This document shows, piece after piece, positions 29,466 through 39,421 of a stretch of 64,000 nucleotides of DNA. A program made the translations under genes and the position numbers. The notes beneath the pieces were generated by a model. That model saw nothing but the letters and a program-made list of their open reading frames with translations, searched no databases and was not told where the DNA came from. Position 1 is the stretch's first letter. Each line of letters starts with the position of its first letter. Where the stretch lies: NCBI GenBank assembly GCA_016873635.1, contig VGWJ01000011.1, forward strand, positions 678-64,677. The letters are read 5' to 3'. Origin of the DNA: Lentisphaerota bacterium. Lineage in GTDB: Bacteria; Verrucomicrobiota; Kiritimatiellia; UBA8416; VGWJ01.

Positions 29466-32075
29466 TCAAGCAGTGAACACGAACTCCCCGCCCTTCGCGT
29501 CGGCGCGCACCTTGCCGCCTTCGACCGCCTCGCCGCCCACGATCCGCCGCGCGATCGGCGTCTCGATCTCCCGCTGAATCAGACGCTTGAGCGGCCGCGC
29601 GCCGTACACCGGGTCGTAGCCCCGCTCGGCCAGCAGCCTGCGCGCCGCCGGCGTAACATCCGCCTTCAGCCCGCGCGCGTCCAGTCGCGCGACCAGCTCC
29701 GCGAGCTGCAGGTCCACGATGGCCGCGATCTCCTCGCCGGTCAGAGGCTTGAAGAGCACCACGTCGTCCACGCGGTTGAGGAACTCCGGCCGGAATTCCG
29801 TGCGCAGTTCGCGCATCACCAGCTCCCGCACGTCGTCGCGGATGTGCCCCTTCGCGTCGATACCCTCCAGCAGGTGCGGCGACCCGATGTTGCTGGTCAT
29901 GATCACGATCGTGTTCTTGAAGTCCACGGTGCGGCCGTGGGCGTCCGTCAGCCGGCCGTCTTCCAGGATCTGCAGCAGGATGTTGAACACATCGTGGTGC
30001 GCTTTCTCGATCTCGTCGAGCAGCACCACGCTGTAGGGCTTGCGGCGGATGGCCTCGGTGAGCTGTCCGCCTTCGTCATAGCCGATGTACCCGGGCGGGG
30101 CGCCCACCAGCCGCGACACGGCGTGCTTCTCCATGTATTCGCTCATGTCGATGCGCACCATGTTCTCCTCGCCGTCGAACAGCTCCGCGGCCAGCGCCCG
30201 CGCCAGCTCGGTCTTGCCCACGCCCGTCGGCCCCAGGAAGACGAACGACCCGATCGGCCGCCGCGGGTTCTTGATCCCCGCGCGCGCCCGCAGCACCGCG
30301 TCGGCCACGGCGCCGACGGCCTCGCCCTGGCCGATCACGCGCCGGTGCAGCGCTTCGTCCAGCTTCATCAGTTTTTCGCGTTCGCCTTCGAGCAGACGCG
30401 TCAGCGGAATGCCCGTCCAGCGCGAAACCACCTCCGCGATCTCCTCCTCCGAGACCTCCTCCCGCAGCAGCGTCTTGCCGCCCTGCTTGCCGCTCATGGC
30501 CTGCTCAAGCGCCGCCAGCTCCGCCTCGAGCCTGGGGATCACGCCGTGGCGCAGCTCGGCCACCTTGTTCAGGTCGTAGGCCCGTTCCGCTTCCGCGCTG
30601 GCGTGGCGCGCCTGCTCCAGCCTGCCGCGGCATTCGCGCACCTTCTCGATGGCCGCCTTCTCCGACTCCCACTGCGCCCGCATGGCGTCGGCCTGCGCCC
30701 GGGCGTCCGCCAGTTCCTTGCGCAGCACCTTCAGCCGCTCCCTGCTGGCCTTGTCCTTCTCCTTCTTGAGGGCCGTCTCCTCGATCTCCAGACGCATCAC
30801 CTTGCGCGTGATCTCGTCGAGTTCCGCCGGCATGGAGTCGATCTCCGTGCGGATGGACGCGCAGGCCTCGTCCATCAGGTCGATGGCCTTGTCGGGCAGG
30901 AAACGGTCGCTGATGTAGCGGTCGGACTGCACCGCCGCGGCCACCAGCGCGGCGTCCTGGATGCGGACGCCGTGATGCACTTCGAACCGCTCGCGCAGCC
31001 CGCGCAGGATGGAAACCGTGTCCTCCACCGAGGGCGCGTCCACCACAACGGGCTGGAACCGGCGCTCCAGCGCCGCGTCCTTCTCCACGTACTTGCGGTA
31101 CTCGTCCAGGGTCGTGGCCCCGATGCAGTGCAGCTCGCCGCGCGCCAGCATGGGTTTCAGCATGTTGCCGGCATCGGTGGAGCCCTCGGTCCGGCCCGCG
31201 CCGACGATGTTGTGCACCTCGTCAATGAAAAGAATGATGCGCCCCTCCGACTGCTTGATCTCCGTCAGAACCGCCTTGAGGCGCTCTTCGAACTCCCCGC
31301 GGTACTTGGCGCCCGCCATGAGCGCCGTCATGTCCAGGGCGAAGATGGTCCTGTCCTTGAGCCCCTCCGGAACGTCGCCCCGCAGGACGCGATGGGCCAA
31401 GCCTTCCACGATGGCGGTCTTGCCCGTGCCCGGCTCGCCGATGAGCACGGGATTGTTCTTGGTCTTGCGCGAGAGAATGCGCACGACGCTGCGGATCTCC
31501 GTGTCCCGGCCGATCACCGGGTCGAGCTTGCCGCCCCTGGCGAGCGCCACGAGGTCAACGCCGTACTTGGTCAGGGCCTCGTAGCTGCCTTCGGGCGCGT
31601 CGCTGGTCACGCGCTGATGTCCGCGCACGCGCCGGAGCTCCTCGAGCACACCGTCGCGGTCCACGCCCAGCTCGGCGAGGATCCGCCCCGCCGGCGTGCC
31701 GCGGCCTTCATCCACCACGGCCAGCAGCAGGTGCTCCACGGAAATGTACTCGTCCTTGAGCCGCGCGGCTTCGTCGCCGGCCTTCAACATCAGCCGGTTC
31801 AGCCGCTGCGTGACGTAGACCTTGCCTGCCTCGACCGCCCCGCCGCTGACGCGCGGCAGCTTGTCCAACTCCTGCTCCAGGCGCGCCTTCAACGACGCGA
31901 CGTCCGCGCCCATCTTCTCAAGCAGCCGCGGCACAAGACCGTCCGCCTGCTCAACCATGGCCAGCAACAAGTGCTCGCCATCGACTTCCTGATGGCCGCC
32001 GCGCAGGGATCCGGCCTGCGCCGCCTGCAAGGCCTCACGGGCTTTCTGCGTCAACTCACTGACCGTCGCGCTCAC
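29466..32075 (-). CDS. clpB: Chaperone ClpB
   Basis: Two AAA modules ([16 protein letters not shown]), M-domain, [21 protein letters not shown]. Confidence 0.96.
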   Translation of the reverse strand: MSATVSELTQKAREALQAAQAGSLRGGHQEVDGEHLLLAMVEQADGLVPRLLEKMGADVASLKARLEQELDKLPRVSGGAVEAGKVYVTQRLNRLMLKAGDEAARLKDEYISVEHLLLAVVDEGRGTPAGRILAELGVDRDGVLEELRRVRGHQRVTSDAPEGSYEALTKYGVDLVALARGGKLDPVIGRDTEIRSVVRILSRKTKNNPVLIGEPGTGKTAIVEGLAHRVLRGDVPEGLKDRTIFALDMTALMAGAKYRGEFEERLKAVLTEIKQSEGRIILFIDEVHNIVGAGRTEGSTDAGNMLKPMLARGELHCIGATTLDEYRKYVEKDAALERRFQPVVVDAPSVEDTVSILRGLRERFEVHHGVRIQDAALVAAAVQSDRYISDRFLPDKAIDLMDEACASIRTEIDSMPAELDEITRKVMRLEIEETALKKEKDKASRERLKVLRKELADARAQADAMRAQWESEKAAIEKVRECRGRLEQARHASAEAERAYDLNKVAELRHGVIPRLEAELAALEQAMSGKQGGKTLLREEVSEEEIAEVVSRWTGIPLTRLLEGEREKLMKLDEALHRRVIGQGEAVGAVADAVLRARAGIKNPRRPIGSFVFLGPTGVGKTELARALAAELFDGEENMVRIDMSEYMEKHAVSRLVGAPPGYIGYDEGGQLTEAIRRKPYSVVLLDEIEKAHHDVFNILLQILEDGRLTDAHGRTVDFKNTIVIMTSNIGSPHLLEGIDAKGHIRDDVRELVMRELRTEFRPEFLNRVDDVVLFKPLTGEEIAAIVDLQLAELVARLDARGLKADVTPAARRLLAERGYDPVYGARPLKRLIQREIETPIARRIVGGEAVEGGKVRADAKGGEFVFTA

Positions 32076-32116
32076 TGTTTGTTCCTCCGCATGAAAACGT
32101 CTTTGACAGGACAGTC

Positions 32117-32132
32117 AGCAATAGCCGTGCCA
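32117..32132 (-). promoter_or_regulatory. Sigma-54 (-24/-12) promoter of clpB
   Basis: Minus strand reads TGGCACGGCTATTGCT, an exact TGGCAC-N5-TTGCW match about 40 bp upstream of clpB. Confidence 0.8.
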
Positions 32133-32429
32133 TATCAACACGACCGCCTCCGCCATGGTCCTACGTCTTTCAGGCACAGACTGTTGTGCCTGTCAGTCGC
32201 ATACGCCCCATCCGCCGTATCTCCCTGAATTTGCGCCATACTGTCCCACCTCGGCGCCGACTGTACGGGATTCTCTTCGCCCCCCTGTCGCCCACAAAGC
32301 CCTTGAAAAACCCATCCTGATCTCTAAGAATCAGAGCCCCGTTTTCGTAAAGGGATGATAGGACGAAAGGCCGCGGCGGCGCGCCGCATCGACCGGAAGG
32401 CCCGGCATACGGATACAGCGAGGACAGGG

Positions 32430-33164
32430 ATGATCACAACCAGCAACCTTCACAAACACTTCGGCCGCATTCACGCCGTGCGCGGCGTGTCCTTCTCCGT
32501 GCAGAAGGGCGAGGTCCTGGGTTTCCTGGGGCCCAACGGCGCCGGCAAGACCACAACCATGCGCATGATCACCGGTTTCCTGCCGCCCAGTTCCGGTACG
32601 GCCACGGTCTGCGGGCACGACGTGAGCGATGCCCCCGTCGAGGCCAAGCGCGTGATCGGATACCTGCCCGAAAACGCGCCGCTGTACGGCTCGATGACCG
32701 TGCGCGACCTGCTCACGTTCGCCGCGGAGATCCGCGGCTTCCGCGGCAAGGCGCGCGCGGCGCGGGTCGATGCCGCGATCGAGAAATGCCGGCTGGGCAG
32801 CGTACGCAACCAGTCCGTCGCAACGCTGTCCAAGGGCTATCGCCAGCGCACCTGCTTCGCCCAGGCGGTCCTGCACGACCCGCCCGTGCTGATCATGGAC
32901 GAGCCTACCGACGGCCTGGATCCCAACCAGAAACACGTCGTGCGCCTGATGATCCGGGAGATGGCCGCCGAGAAGGCCATCATCGTGTCGACCCACATTC
33001 TCGAGGAAGTGGACGCCGTATGCACGCGCGCCATCATCATCAGCAACGGGACCGTGGTGGCGAACGGCACGCCGGACGAGCTCAGGGCCCGCAGCGGCAG
33101 CGGACGGCTGGACGACGTCTTCAGGAAACTCACGCTCGGCGAGGAGGATGTGACCAATGGATAG
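32430..33164 (+). CDS. ABC-2 transporter ATPase (GldA-like)
   Basis: GPNGAGKTT, LSKGYRQR, DEPTDGLDPNQ, STHIL. Confidence 0.9.
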   Translation: MITTSNLHKHFGRIHAVRGVSFSVQKGEVLGFLGPNGAGKTTTMRMITGFLPPSSGTATVCGHDVSDAPVEAKRVIGYLPENAPLYGSMTVRDLLTFAAEIRGFRGKARAARVDAAIEKCRLGSVRNQSVATLSKGYRQRTCFAQAVLHDPPVLIMDEPTDGLDPNQKHVVRLMIREMAAEKAIIVSTHILEEVDAVCTRAIIISNGTVVANGTPDELRARSGSGRLDDVFRKLTLGEEDVTNG

Positions 33165-33900
33165 CCTGAGAGTCTCAATGGCCGTGTTCAAGAGGGAGTT
33201 GCGCTCGTATTTCGAGTCGCCGGTGGCTTATGTGTTCATCGTCGCCTTTCTGCTGCTCACGGGTTTTCTGACCTTCTCCGTGACGCAGTTCTACGAGCGG
33301 GGCGTTGCCGACCTTCAGCCTTTCTTCTTCTGGCACCCCTGGGTCTATCTGCTGCTGATCCCGGCGGCCACGATGGGCCTGTGGGCCGAGGAACGGCGGT
33401 CGGGCACGATCGAGTTGCTGCTGACCATGCCCGTGACCATGACGCAAGCCATCATGGGCAAGTTCCTGGCGGCCTGGCTGTTCATCACGCTGGCGATCGC
33501 GCTCACCCTGCCGGTGGTCTTTACGACGGGCTACCTGGGCGACCCGGACCTGGGCGTGGCGTTTTCGGGCTACCTCGGATCGGCGCTGCTGGCCGGCGCC
33601 TGCGTCGCCATCGGCATGCTGGCTTCGTCGACCACGCGCAGCCAGGTCATCGCGTTCGTCGTCTCGCTGATCGTCTGCCTGGTTTTGCTCCTGGCCGGCT
33701 GGCCCCCGGTCACCGGTTTCTTCGTGCGCTGGGCGCCGACCTGGCTGGTCGACGCGATAGCGGCGTTCAGCCTCATGCCGCACTTCGAGTCCATGCAGCG
33801 CGGCGTGGTCGACCTTGCGGACATCGGCTACTACGTGAGCGTGATCGTATTCATGCTCTTCGCGACCCACCTGGTAATCAACAACCGCAAATCCGCCTGA
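33157..33900 (+). CDS. ABC-2 permease (GldF-like)
   Basis: RELRSYFESPVAY, WAEERRSGTIELLLT; 6 TM. Confidence 0.88.
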   Translation: MDSLRVSMAVFKRELRSYFESPVAYVFIVAFLLLTGFLTFSVTQFYERGVADLQPFFFWHPWVYLLLIPAATMGLWAEERRSGTIELLLTMPVTMTQAIMGKFLAAWLFITLAIALTLPVVFTTGYLGDPDLGVAFSGYLGSALLAGACVAIGMLASSTTRSQVIAFVVSLIVCLVLLLAGWPPVTGFFVRWAPTWLVDAIAAFSLMPHFESMQRGVVDLADIGYYVSVIVFMLFATHLVINNRKSA

Positions 33901-33913
33901 GGAGCGCGCACCC

Positions 33914-35830
33914 ATGACGACAAAGAAGAAAGGACGCGATACGCTGACCCGGGCCACGACCGGCGCCGCCGGACTGCTCATCCTGCTGGCCATCCTGATC
34001 GCCGCCAACGTGGTCCTGCGGAACCTGCGTCTCCGGGCGGACCTCACCGAGCAGAAGCTCTACACCCTCTCCGAGGGAACCCGCAACATCCTGCGCGGGC
34101 TTGACCGCGACGTCACGCTCAAGCTGTTCTTCAACAGCAGTTCGCCCGAAGCGCCCGTGGCGCTGAAAAGCTACGCGCGGCAGGTCGAGGATCTTCTCCG
34201 GGAATACCGGCTGCGCTCGGGCGGACGGATCACCGTCGAAACCTTCGATCCGAAGCCCGACTCCGACGCCGAGGAATGGGCCCAGCGCTACGGCATTCAG
34301 GGCTGGCAGCTCGGCATGCTGAGCGCGCCGCTGATGTTGGGCCTGGTGGCCGTGTCCGGAGGCGCCGAAGCCGTGATCCCGGCGCTCGATCCGCGCCTGG
34401 AGACGCTGCTGGAATACCACGTCACGCGTCTGATCTACCGCGTGGCGCACCCCGAGAAACCGGTCGTCGGCGTCATAAGCAGCCTGCCCGTGCTCGGCGC
34501 GCGCGGCCCCATGTACCCCATGCCCGGCCAGCCGCCCGGCGGCGCGCCGCCCTGGATCGCCTTCCGCAACCTGCGGGAAGACTACGACCTCCGCGCGATC
34601 GATCCCGCCGCCGCGGAAATCGCCCCCGACGTCCAGGCCCTGATCGTTATCCACCCCAAGGACCCCTCGCCCGAGACGCTGTTCGCCATCGATCAGTTCG
34701 TCCTGCGCGGCGGACACCTCATGGCGTTTCTCGATCCCGCCAGCCTCGTCGAAACCGAGCTCAGCGGCGTTTCGCCCCTGGCCGGCCGCGGCGCCGGCTC
34801 GAACCTGGGCCGCCTGCTGGAAACCTGGGGCGTGGGGTACGACGCCTCGAAGGTGCTTGCCGACCTCCGCGCCGTCTCGCGCGTGCGCGGCCCGCAGAAC
34901 CGCGTCGAGGAAAGTCCGGTGTGGCTGAGCCTGCGCGCCGCGAACGTGAACGCCGGCGACCTGCTCACCTCTCAGCTCGAGTCGCTGCTGATGCCCTACG
35001 CCGGCGTCTTCTCCGACCGCACTTCTTCCGACCTGGAATTCACGCCTCTGATCACCTCCTCCGACAGCATCGGCGTGGTCTCGGCCATGACGGCGCAATT
35101 CGGCAGCGAGGCGATCCGGCGCGACTTCAAGCCCGAGCCGACGCCCGCGCACGTGGCCGTGAAGCTCAGCGGGAAGTTCACGACCGCGTTCCCGGACGGC
35201 AAGCCCGGGAAGACGGGACCCCCATCGGAGGCCGAAGGCTCCGGCCAGGACGAAGCCGGGACCAGCCCCCCCGCCCTCACGGAAGGCAGGTCCATGGTCA
35301 TTCTCGTGGGCGACGCGGACATGCTCTACGACCGCTTCTGCGTTCAGCAGATGGACTTCCTCGGCTTCGCGGCCTACCAGCCCATGAACAACAACCTCGA
35401 TTTCCTGGACAACGCCGTGGAACTGGCTTCCGGCAGCTCGGACCTCATTGCCATCCGCTCGCGGGGCAAGTTCACGCGGCCCTTCGACCGGGTGCTCGCC
35501 CTGGAATCCGCCGCGCGCCGGGAGTGGCAGTCCCGCGAGGACGATCTCTCGGACAAGCTGCGCGAGGCGCAGCGCCAGTTGCGCGAGCTGCAGACGGAAA
35601 AGGACTCCAGCCAGCGCTTCATCCTGAGCGCGCGCCAGAAGGAAGCCGTCGAGCGCTTCCGCGAAGAGGAGCTCCGCATCAAGCAGGAGCTCAAGGAAGT
35701 GCGCAAGAATCTGCGGCGCGATATCGAGCGGCTGGGCGTGGCGGTCAAGGTGATCAATATCGGTCTGATGCCGCTTGCCGTGAGCCTCGCCGGCGTGGGC
35801 TACGCCCTGCTGCGCCGCAAGGCAAAATGA
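33914..35830 (+). CDS. GldG-like ABC auxiliary component
   Basis: DLTEQKLYTLSEGT, DQFVLRGG, VGDADML, C-terminal coiled coil and TM. Confidence 0.85.
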   Translation: MTTKKKGRDTLTRATTGAAGLLILLAILIAANVVLRNLRLRADLTEQKLYTLSEGTRNILRGLDRDVTLKLFFNSSSPEAPVALKSYARQVEDLLREYRLRSGGRITVETFDPKPDSDAEEWAQRYGIQGWQLGMLSAPLMLGLVAVSGGAEAVIPALDPRLETLLEYHVTRLIYRVAHPEKPVVGVISSLPVLGARGPMYPMPGQPPGGAPPWIAFRNLREDYDLRAIDPAAAEIAPDVQALIVIHPKDPSPETLFAIDQFVLRGGHLMAFLDPASLVETELSGVSPLAGRGAGSNLGRLLETWGVGYDASKVLADLRAVSRVRGPQNRVEESPVWLSLRAANVNAGDLLTSQLESLLMPYAGVFSDRTSSDLEFTPLITSSDSIGVVSAMTAQFGSEAIRRDFKPEPTPAHVAVKLSGKFTTAFPDGKPGKTGPPSEAEGSGQDEAGTSPPALTEGRSMVILVGDADMLYDRFCVQQMDFLGFAAYQPMNNNLDFLDNAVELASGSSDLIAIRSRGKFTRPFDRVLALESAARREWQSREDDLSDKLREAQRQLRELQTEKDSSQRFILSARQKEAVERFREEELRIKQELKEVRKNLRRDIERLGVAVKVINIGLMPLAVSLAGVGYALLRRKAK

Positions 35831-35857
35831 CCGCACGGCATCCGAGGAGGGCAAACC

Positions 35858-37153
35858 ATGAAGTCCCGAACGCTTGTTATTCTGACCGCGCTGGCCGCCG
35901 TGCTGGTCGCGCTGGCCGCGCTGACGTCCCGGGAGCGAAGGGCGGCGGAACCGCGGGAGCTGGGCCGGCCGGTGCTGCCCGGCCTGCAGGTGAACGACGT
36001 CACGGCCGTCCGCATCGTCTCGCCCGCGGGCACGTCCGCCGTGGCGCGCGCCGATGAGCTGTGGACGGTGCCCGACCGCTACGGGTACCCGGCCGATTTC
36101 ACGAAAGTGAAGGAGCTCCTCCTGAAGCTGTCGGAGATGAAGATCGGCCAGACGGTGCGGGCCGACGAGCGGCAGCTCCGCAAGCTGCGCGTGCTGCCGC
36201 CCGGCTCGGGCGCCGCCGCGGAAGAAACCGGCACGCTTGTCGAACTGAAGGGGGCGTCGGGCGCCGCGGCGGCGAACCTGCTGGTGGGCGCGCCGCACAG
36301 CCGCACGCCGTCCGAACCGGGCGCATACGGCGGCTATCCGGACGGAACCTACGTGTCGCCGGACAACGGACGGCGCGTCTACCTGGTGGCCGATCTGTTC
36401 GACGACCTGCCCGGCACACCCCAGGAGTGGATGGACGCGGAGCTGCTCAATGTTCCGGCGAACGATGTCGCGCGCATCACCATAACCGGCCCCGGACGCA
36501 AGGACGTCCGGCTCAGCCGGAACGCCGAGAGCAACCAGCTCGCGCTCGACGACCTCGCCGCGAACGAACAGCTCGACTCATCCGGGCTCTACGCCGTGGA
36601 ATCGGCCCTCAGCTACCTGCGCCTGGAGGACGTGGCCGACCCTTCGCTGGACGCCGCGGCGACAGGCCTCGCCGAGCCGATCGTGTTCAGCCTCGAAACC
36701 GCCAAAGGCGAAATCTACACCGTGCGCCTGGGAACCAATGCGCCCGGCGACGCCGATTCCGGTCTCCGCTACGCGCGGATCGCCGTTGCCCCGGGCGAGC
36801 CGCCCGCCACGGAAGAAACCCCGGAAGACAAGGCCGCGGAGGACGAAGAAGCCCCGGCGACCGACAAGGGACGGGCCGAGCGCGCCGAACTGGAGAAGAA
36901 GGTCGCCGACCTTAACAAACGCCTGGCGGGGTGGACCTATCTGCTCTCGTCCTACAAGGCCGAAGGCCTGGCCAGGACGCGCGAAGAGCTCGCAAAGCCG
37001 AAGGAAGAAGAAAAGCAGGAGACGCAGAACGAAGAGGCGGGAGACGCCGCGCAAACGGAAGCCGGCAGCGAGAGCGCGGACGCGGAAGAGACCAGCGCCC
37101 CGCGGGAAGACGCGAAAGCCGCGAGCGGAGAGCCGACGACGACGACGGAGTAA
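35858..37153 (+). CDS. DUF4340 domain protein
   Basis: N-terminal anchor, WTVPDRYGYPAD; usual position after GldG-like gene; acidic tail. Confidence 0.75.
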   Translation: MKSRTLVILTALAAVLVALAALTSRERRAAEPRELGRPVLPGLQVNDVTAVRIVSPAGTSAVARADELWTVPDRYGYPADFTKVKELLLKLSEMKIGQTVRADERQLRKLRVLPPGSGAAAEETGTLVELKGASGAAAANLLVGAPHSRTPSEPGAYGGYPDGTYVSPDNGRRVYLVADLFDDLPGTPQEWMDAELLNVPANDVARITITGPGRKDVRLSRNAESNQLALDDLAANEQLDSSGLYAVESALSYLRLEDVADPSLDAAATGLAEPIVFSLETAKGEIYTVRLGTNAPGDADSGLRYARIAVAPGEPPATEETPEDKAAEDEEAPATDKGRAERAELEKKVADLNKRLAGWTYLLSSYKAEGLARTREELAKPKEEEKQETQNEEAGDAAQTEAGSESADAEETSAPREDAKAASGEPTTTTE

Positions 37154-37414
37154 CGCCGCGCCGCGAGGAAAGCGACGGCGGGCGGCCCGGGAAGCCGCGG
37201 CCCCTCCCCGGCGCCGGCGGATCCTGTTCCGGAAGGGACAGCGGCGCCCGGCCGTCCTCGACTGCTTCGCACTGCCCGGGCCGCCAGGGCCGGGGGAAAG
37301 CGGCCGCACGGGCGGGAACGCGACCCTCTCAGCCTGTGCCTGCAAGGCCGCCGCCTCTAAGCGCGACGACTTGCGAAACGTTTTCTTGTTTGGGAACCAA
37401 CGAGAGGAACAGCC

Positions 37415-38398
37415 ATGACCGACATCGCCGGAACCACCAACCTTGTCGCCGACCAGGCCCGCGTCGTGGAGCGCCTGCGGCAGGAAGTCACCAAAGTGCT
37501 GGTGGGGCAGGAAAACCTGCTCACGCGCATGCTGATCGCCCTGATCACGGGCGGGCACATCCTGCTGGAAGGCGTGCCGGGACTGGCCAAGACGACCGCC
37601 GTCAAGACTCTGGCGCAGGCCCTGGGCCTGAAATTCCAGCGCATCTCCTTCACGCCCGACCTCCTGCCGGCCGACGTCATCGGCACCATGATCTATAACC
37701 CCAAGGACGGCGCTTTCAGCCCGCGCCAGGGGCCCGTCTTCACGAACCTGCTGCTGGCCGACGAGATCAACCGCGCGCCGGCCAAGGTGCAGTCCGCCCT
37801 GCTGGAAGCCATGCAGGAACACCAGGTCACGATCGGCGACCGCACCTACGCCATCCCCGAGCCCTTCATGGTCATGGCCACGCAGAACCCGATCGAACAG
37901 GAAGGCACCTACCCCCTGCCCGAGGCGCAGGTCGACCGCTTCATGCTGAAGTGCATCATACGGTATCCCTCCAAGGACGACGAGCGGCGCATCATGGATC
38001 GCTTCGCGCGCCGCGCGGCGATCAGCGTCGACCCGGTGATCGACGCCGACCAGCTCGCCGCCATGCGCGGCGTTCTCGACCAGGTCTACTGCGACGAGAA
38101 GGTCGGCGATTACATTCTCGACATCGTGTTTGCCACGCGCAAGCCGTCGCAGTACGGACTGCCCATCGATCACCAGATCGAGTACGGCGCCTCGCCGCGC
38201 GCGACGCTGTATCTCAACCTCGCCGCCCGGGCCAACGCCATGCTGCACGGCCGCGCCTACGCCACGCCGCAGGACGTCAAGGAAATCGCCTACGACGTGC
38301 TCCGGCACCGCATCATTCTCACCTACGAAGCCGAGGCCGAGGAGGTGGCCAGCGAAGACATTGTCCGCCGCATCCTCGACCAGATACCGGTGCCGTAG
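37415..38398 (+). CDS. moxR: MoxR-family AAA+ ATPase
   Basis: EGVPGLAKT, FTPDLLPAD, DEINRAPAKVQSALLEAM, GASPRA. Confidence 0.93.
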   Translation: MTDIAGTTNLVADQARVVERLRQEVTKVLVGQENLLTRMLIALITGGHILLEGVPGLAKTTAVKTLAQALGLKFQRISFTPDLLPADVIGTMIYNPKDGAFSPRQGPVFTNLLLADEINRAPAKVQSALLEAMQEHQVTIGDRTYAIPEPFMVMATQNPIEQEGTYPLPEAQVDRFMLKCIIRYPSKDDERRIMDRFARRAAISVDPVIDADQLAAMRGVLDQVYCDEKVGDYILDIVFATRKPSQYGLPIDHQIEYGASPRATLYLNLAARANAMLHGRAYATPQDVKEIAYDVLRHRIILTYEAEAEEVASEDIVRRILDQIPVP

Positions 38399-38408
38399 CG
38401 CGAGAGGA

Positions 38409-38513
38409 AGTGTTCAGTATTCAGTGTTCAGTATTCAGTGTTCAGTATTCAATGCTCATCAGCAGAACACTGAACACTGAATACTGAATACTGAATACTG
38501 AATACTGAATACT
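38409..38513. repeat. Inverted pair of heptamer tandem arrays
   Basis: (T(G/A)TTCAG) x about 6, short spacer, then (TGAA(C/T)AC) x about 7; arms are reverse complements. Confidence 0.9.
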
Positions 38514-38530
38514 CATCACGGACCAAGGCC

Positions 38531-39421
38531 ATGCCCATCGACACAAAGGAACTGATGCGCCAGGTGGGCCGCATACGGATCGTCACCAGCCGCCTGGTCG
38601 ACGAACACCTCTCCGGCGAATACCACTCCGTCTTCAAGGGCCAGGGCATCGAGTTCGACGAAGTCCGCGAGTACGTGCCCGGCGACGACGTCCGCTCCAT
38701 CGACTGGAACGTCACCGCGCGCATGGGGCACCCGTTTGTGAAGCGCTTTTGCGAGGAGCGCGAACTGACCGTCATATTCATGGTCGACGTCTCCGGCTCG
38801 CAGTGCTTCGGCTCGGGCGCGCGCTCGAAGGCGGAAGTCGCCGCGGAGATCGCCTGCCTGCTGGCGCTTTCCGCCATCAAGAACCAGGACCAGGTGGGGC
38901 TTGTTCTGTTCAGCGACCGCATCGAGAAGTCCGTTCCGCCGCGCAAAGGGCGCACCGCCGTCATGCGCCTCGTGCGGGAAGTCCTGGCCGCCGAGGAAAC
39001 CCGGCACGGCACCGACATCGCCGCGGCGTTCCGCTTCCTGAACAACGTGCAGAAGAAGCGCGCCGTGGTTTTCCTGATCTCCGATTTCATCGCCTCCGGC
39101 TACGAGCGCGAACTGCGCGTGGCCTGCCGCAAGCACGACGTCATCGCCTGCCCGATCTCGGACCCGCGCGAACTGGAGCTGCCTGACGCCGGCTTGATCG
39201 AGATCCAGGATCCCGAAAGCGGCGCGCTGCTGCTGGCCGACACCGGCTCGCCGCGCGTCCGCGCCGCCTTCCGCCGTCGCGCGGCAGAAGAGCAGCGGCG
39301 GCTGGTGGATATGTTGAAGCGTTTGAGGATAGACTCCATCCCGGTCTCCACGGCGCGGCCGTTCGTTGACGACGTGCGACGGCTCTTCCGCCGCCGCCAG
39401 GTCCGCGCAAGGCGTGGTTGA
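38531..39421 (+). CDS. DUF58 (VWA-like) protein
   Basis: FKGQGIEFDEVREYVPGDDVRSIDWNVTAR, DVSGS, ISDF. Confidence 0.92.
   Translation: MPIDTKELMRQVGRIRIVTSRLVDEHLSGEYHSVFKGQGIEFDEVREYVPGDDVRSIDWNVTARMGHPFVKRFCEERELTVIFMVDVSGSQCFGSGARSKAEVAAEIACLLALSAIKNQDQVGLVLFSDRIEKSVPPRKGRTAVMRLVREVLAAEETRHGTDIAAAFRFLNNVQKKRAVVFLISDFIASGYERELRVACRKHDVIACPISDPRELELPDAGLIEIQDPESGALLLADTGSPRVRAAFRRRAAEEQRRLVDMLKRLRIDSIPVSTARPFVDDVRRLFRRRQVRARRG

Noticed and set aside
37154-37414. GC-rich hairpins as an ncRNA or riboswitch
   Set aside because: No recognisable family motif; such stems are expected at this GC content.
38409-38513. Small ORFs (VFSIQYS / LNTEY) in the heptamer region
   Set aside because: Translation artefacts of the repeat.
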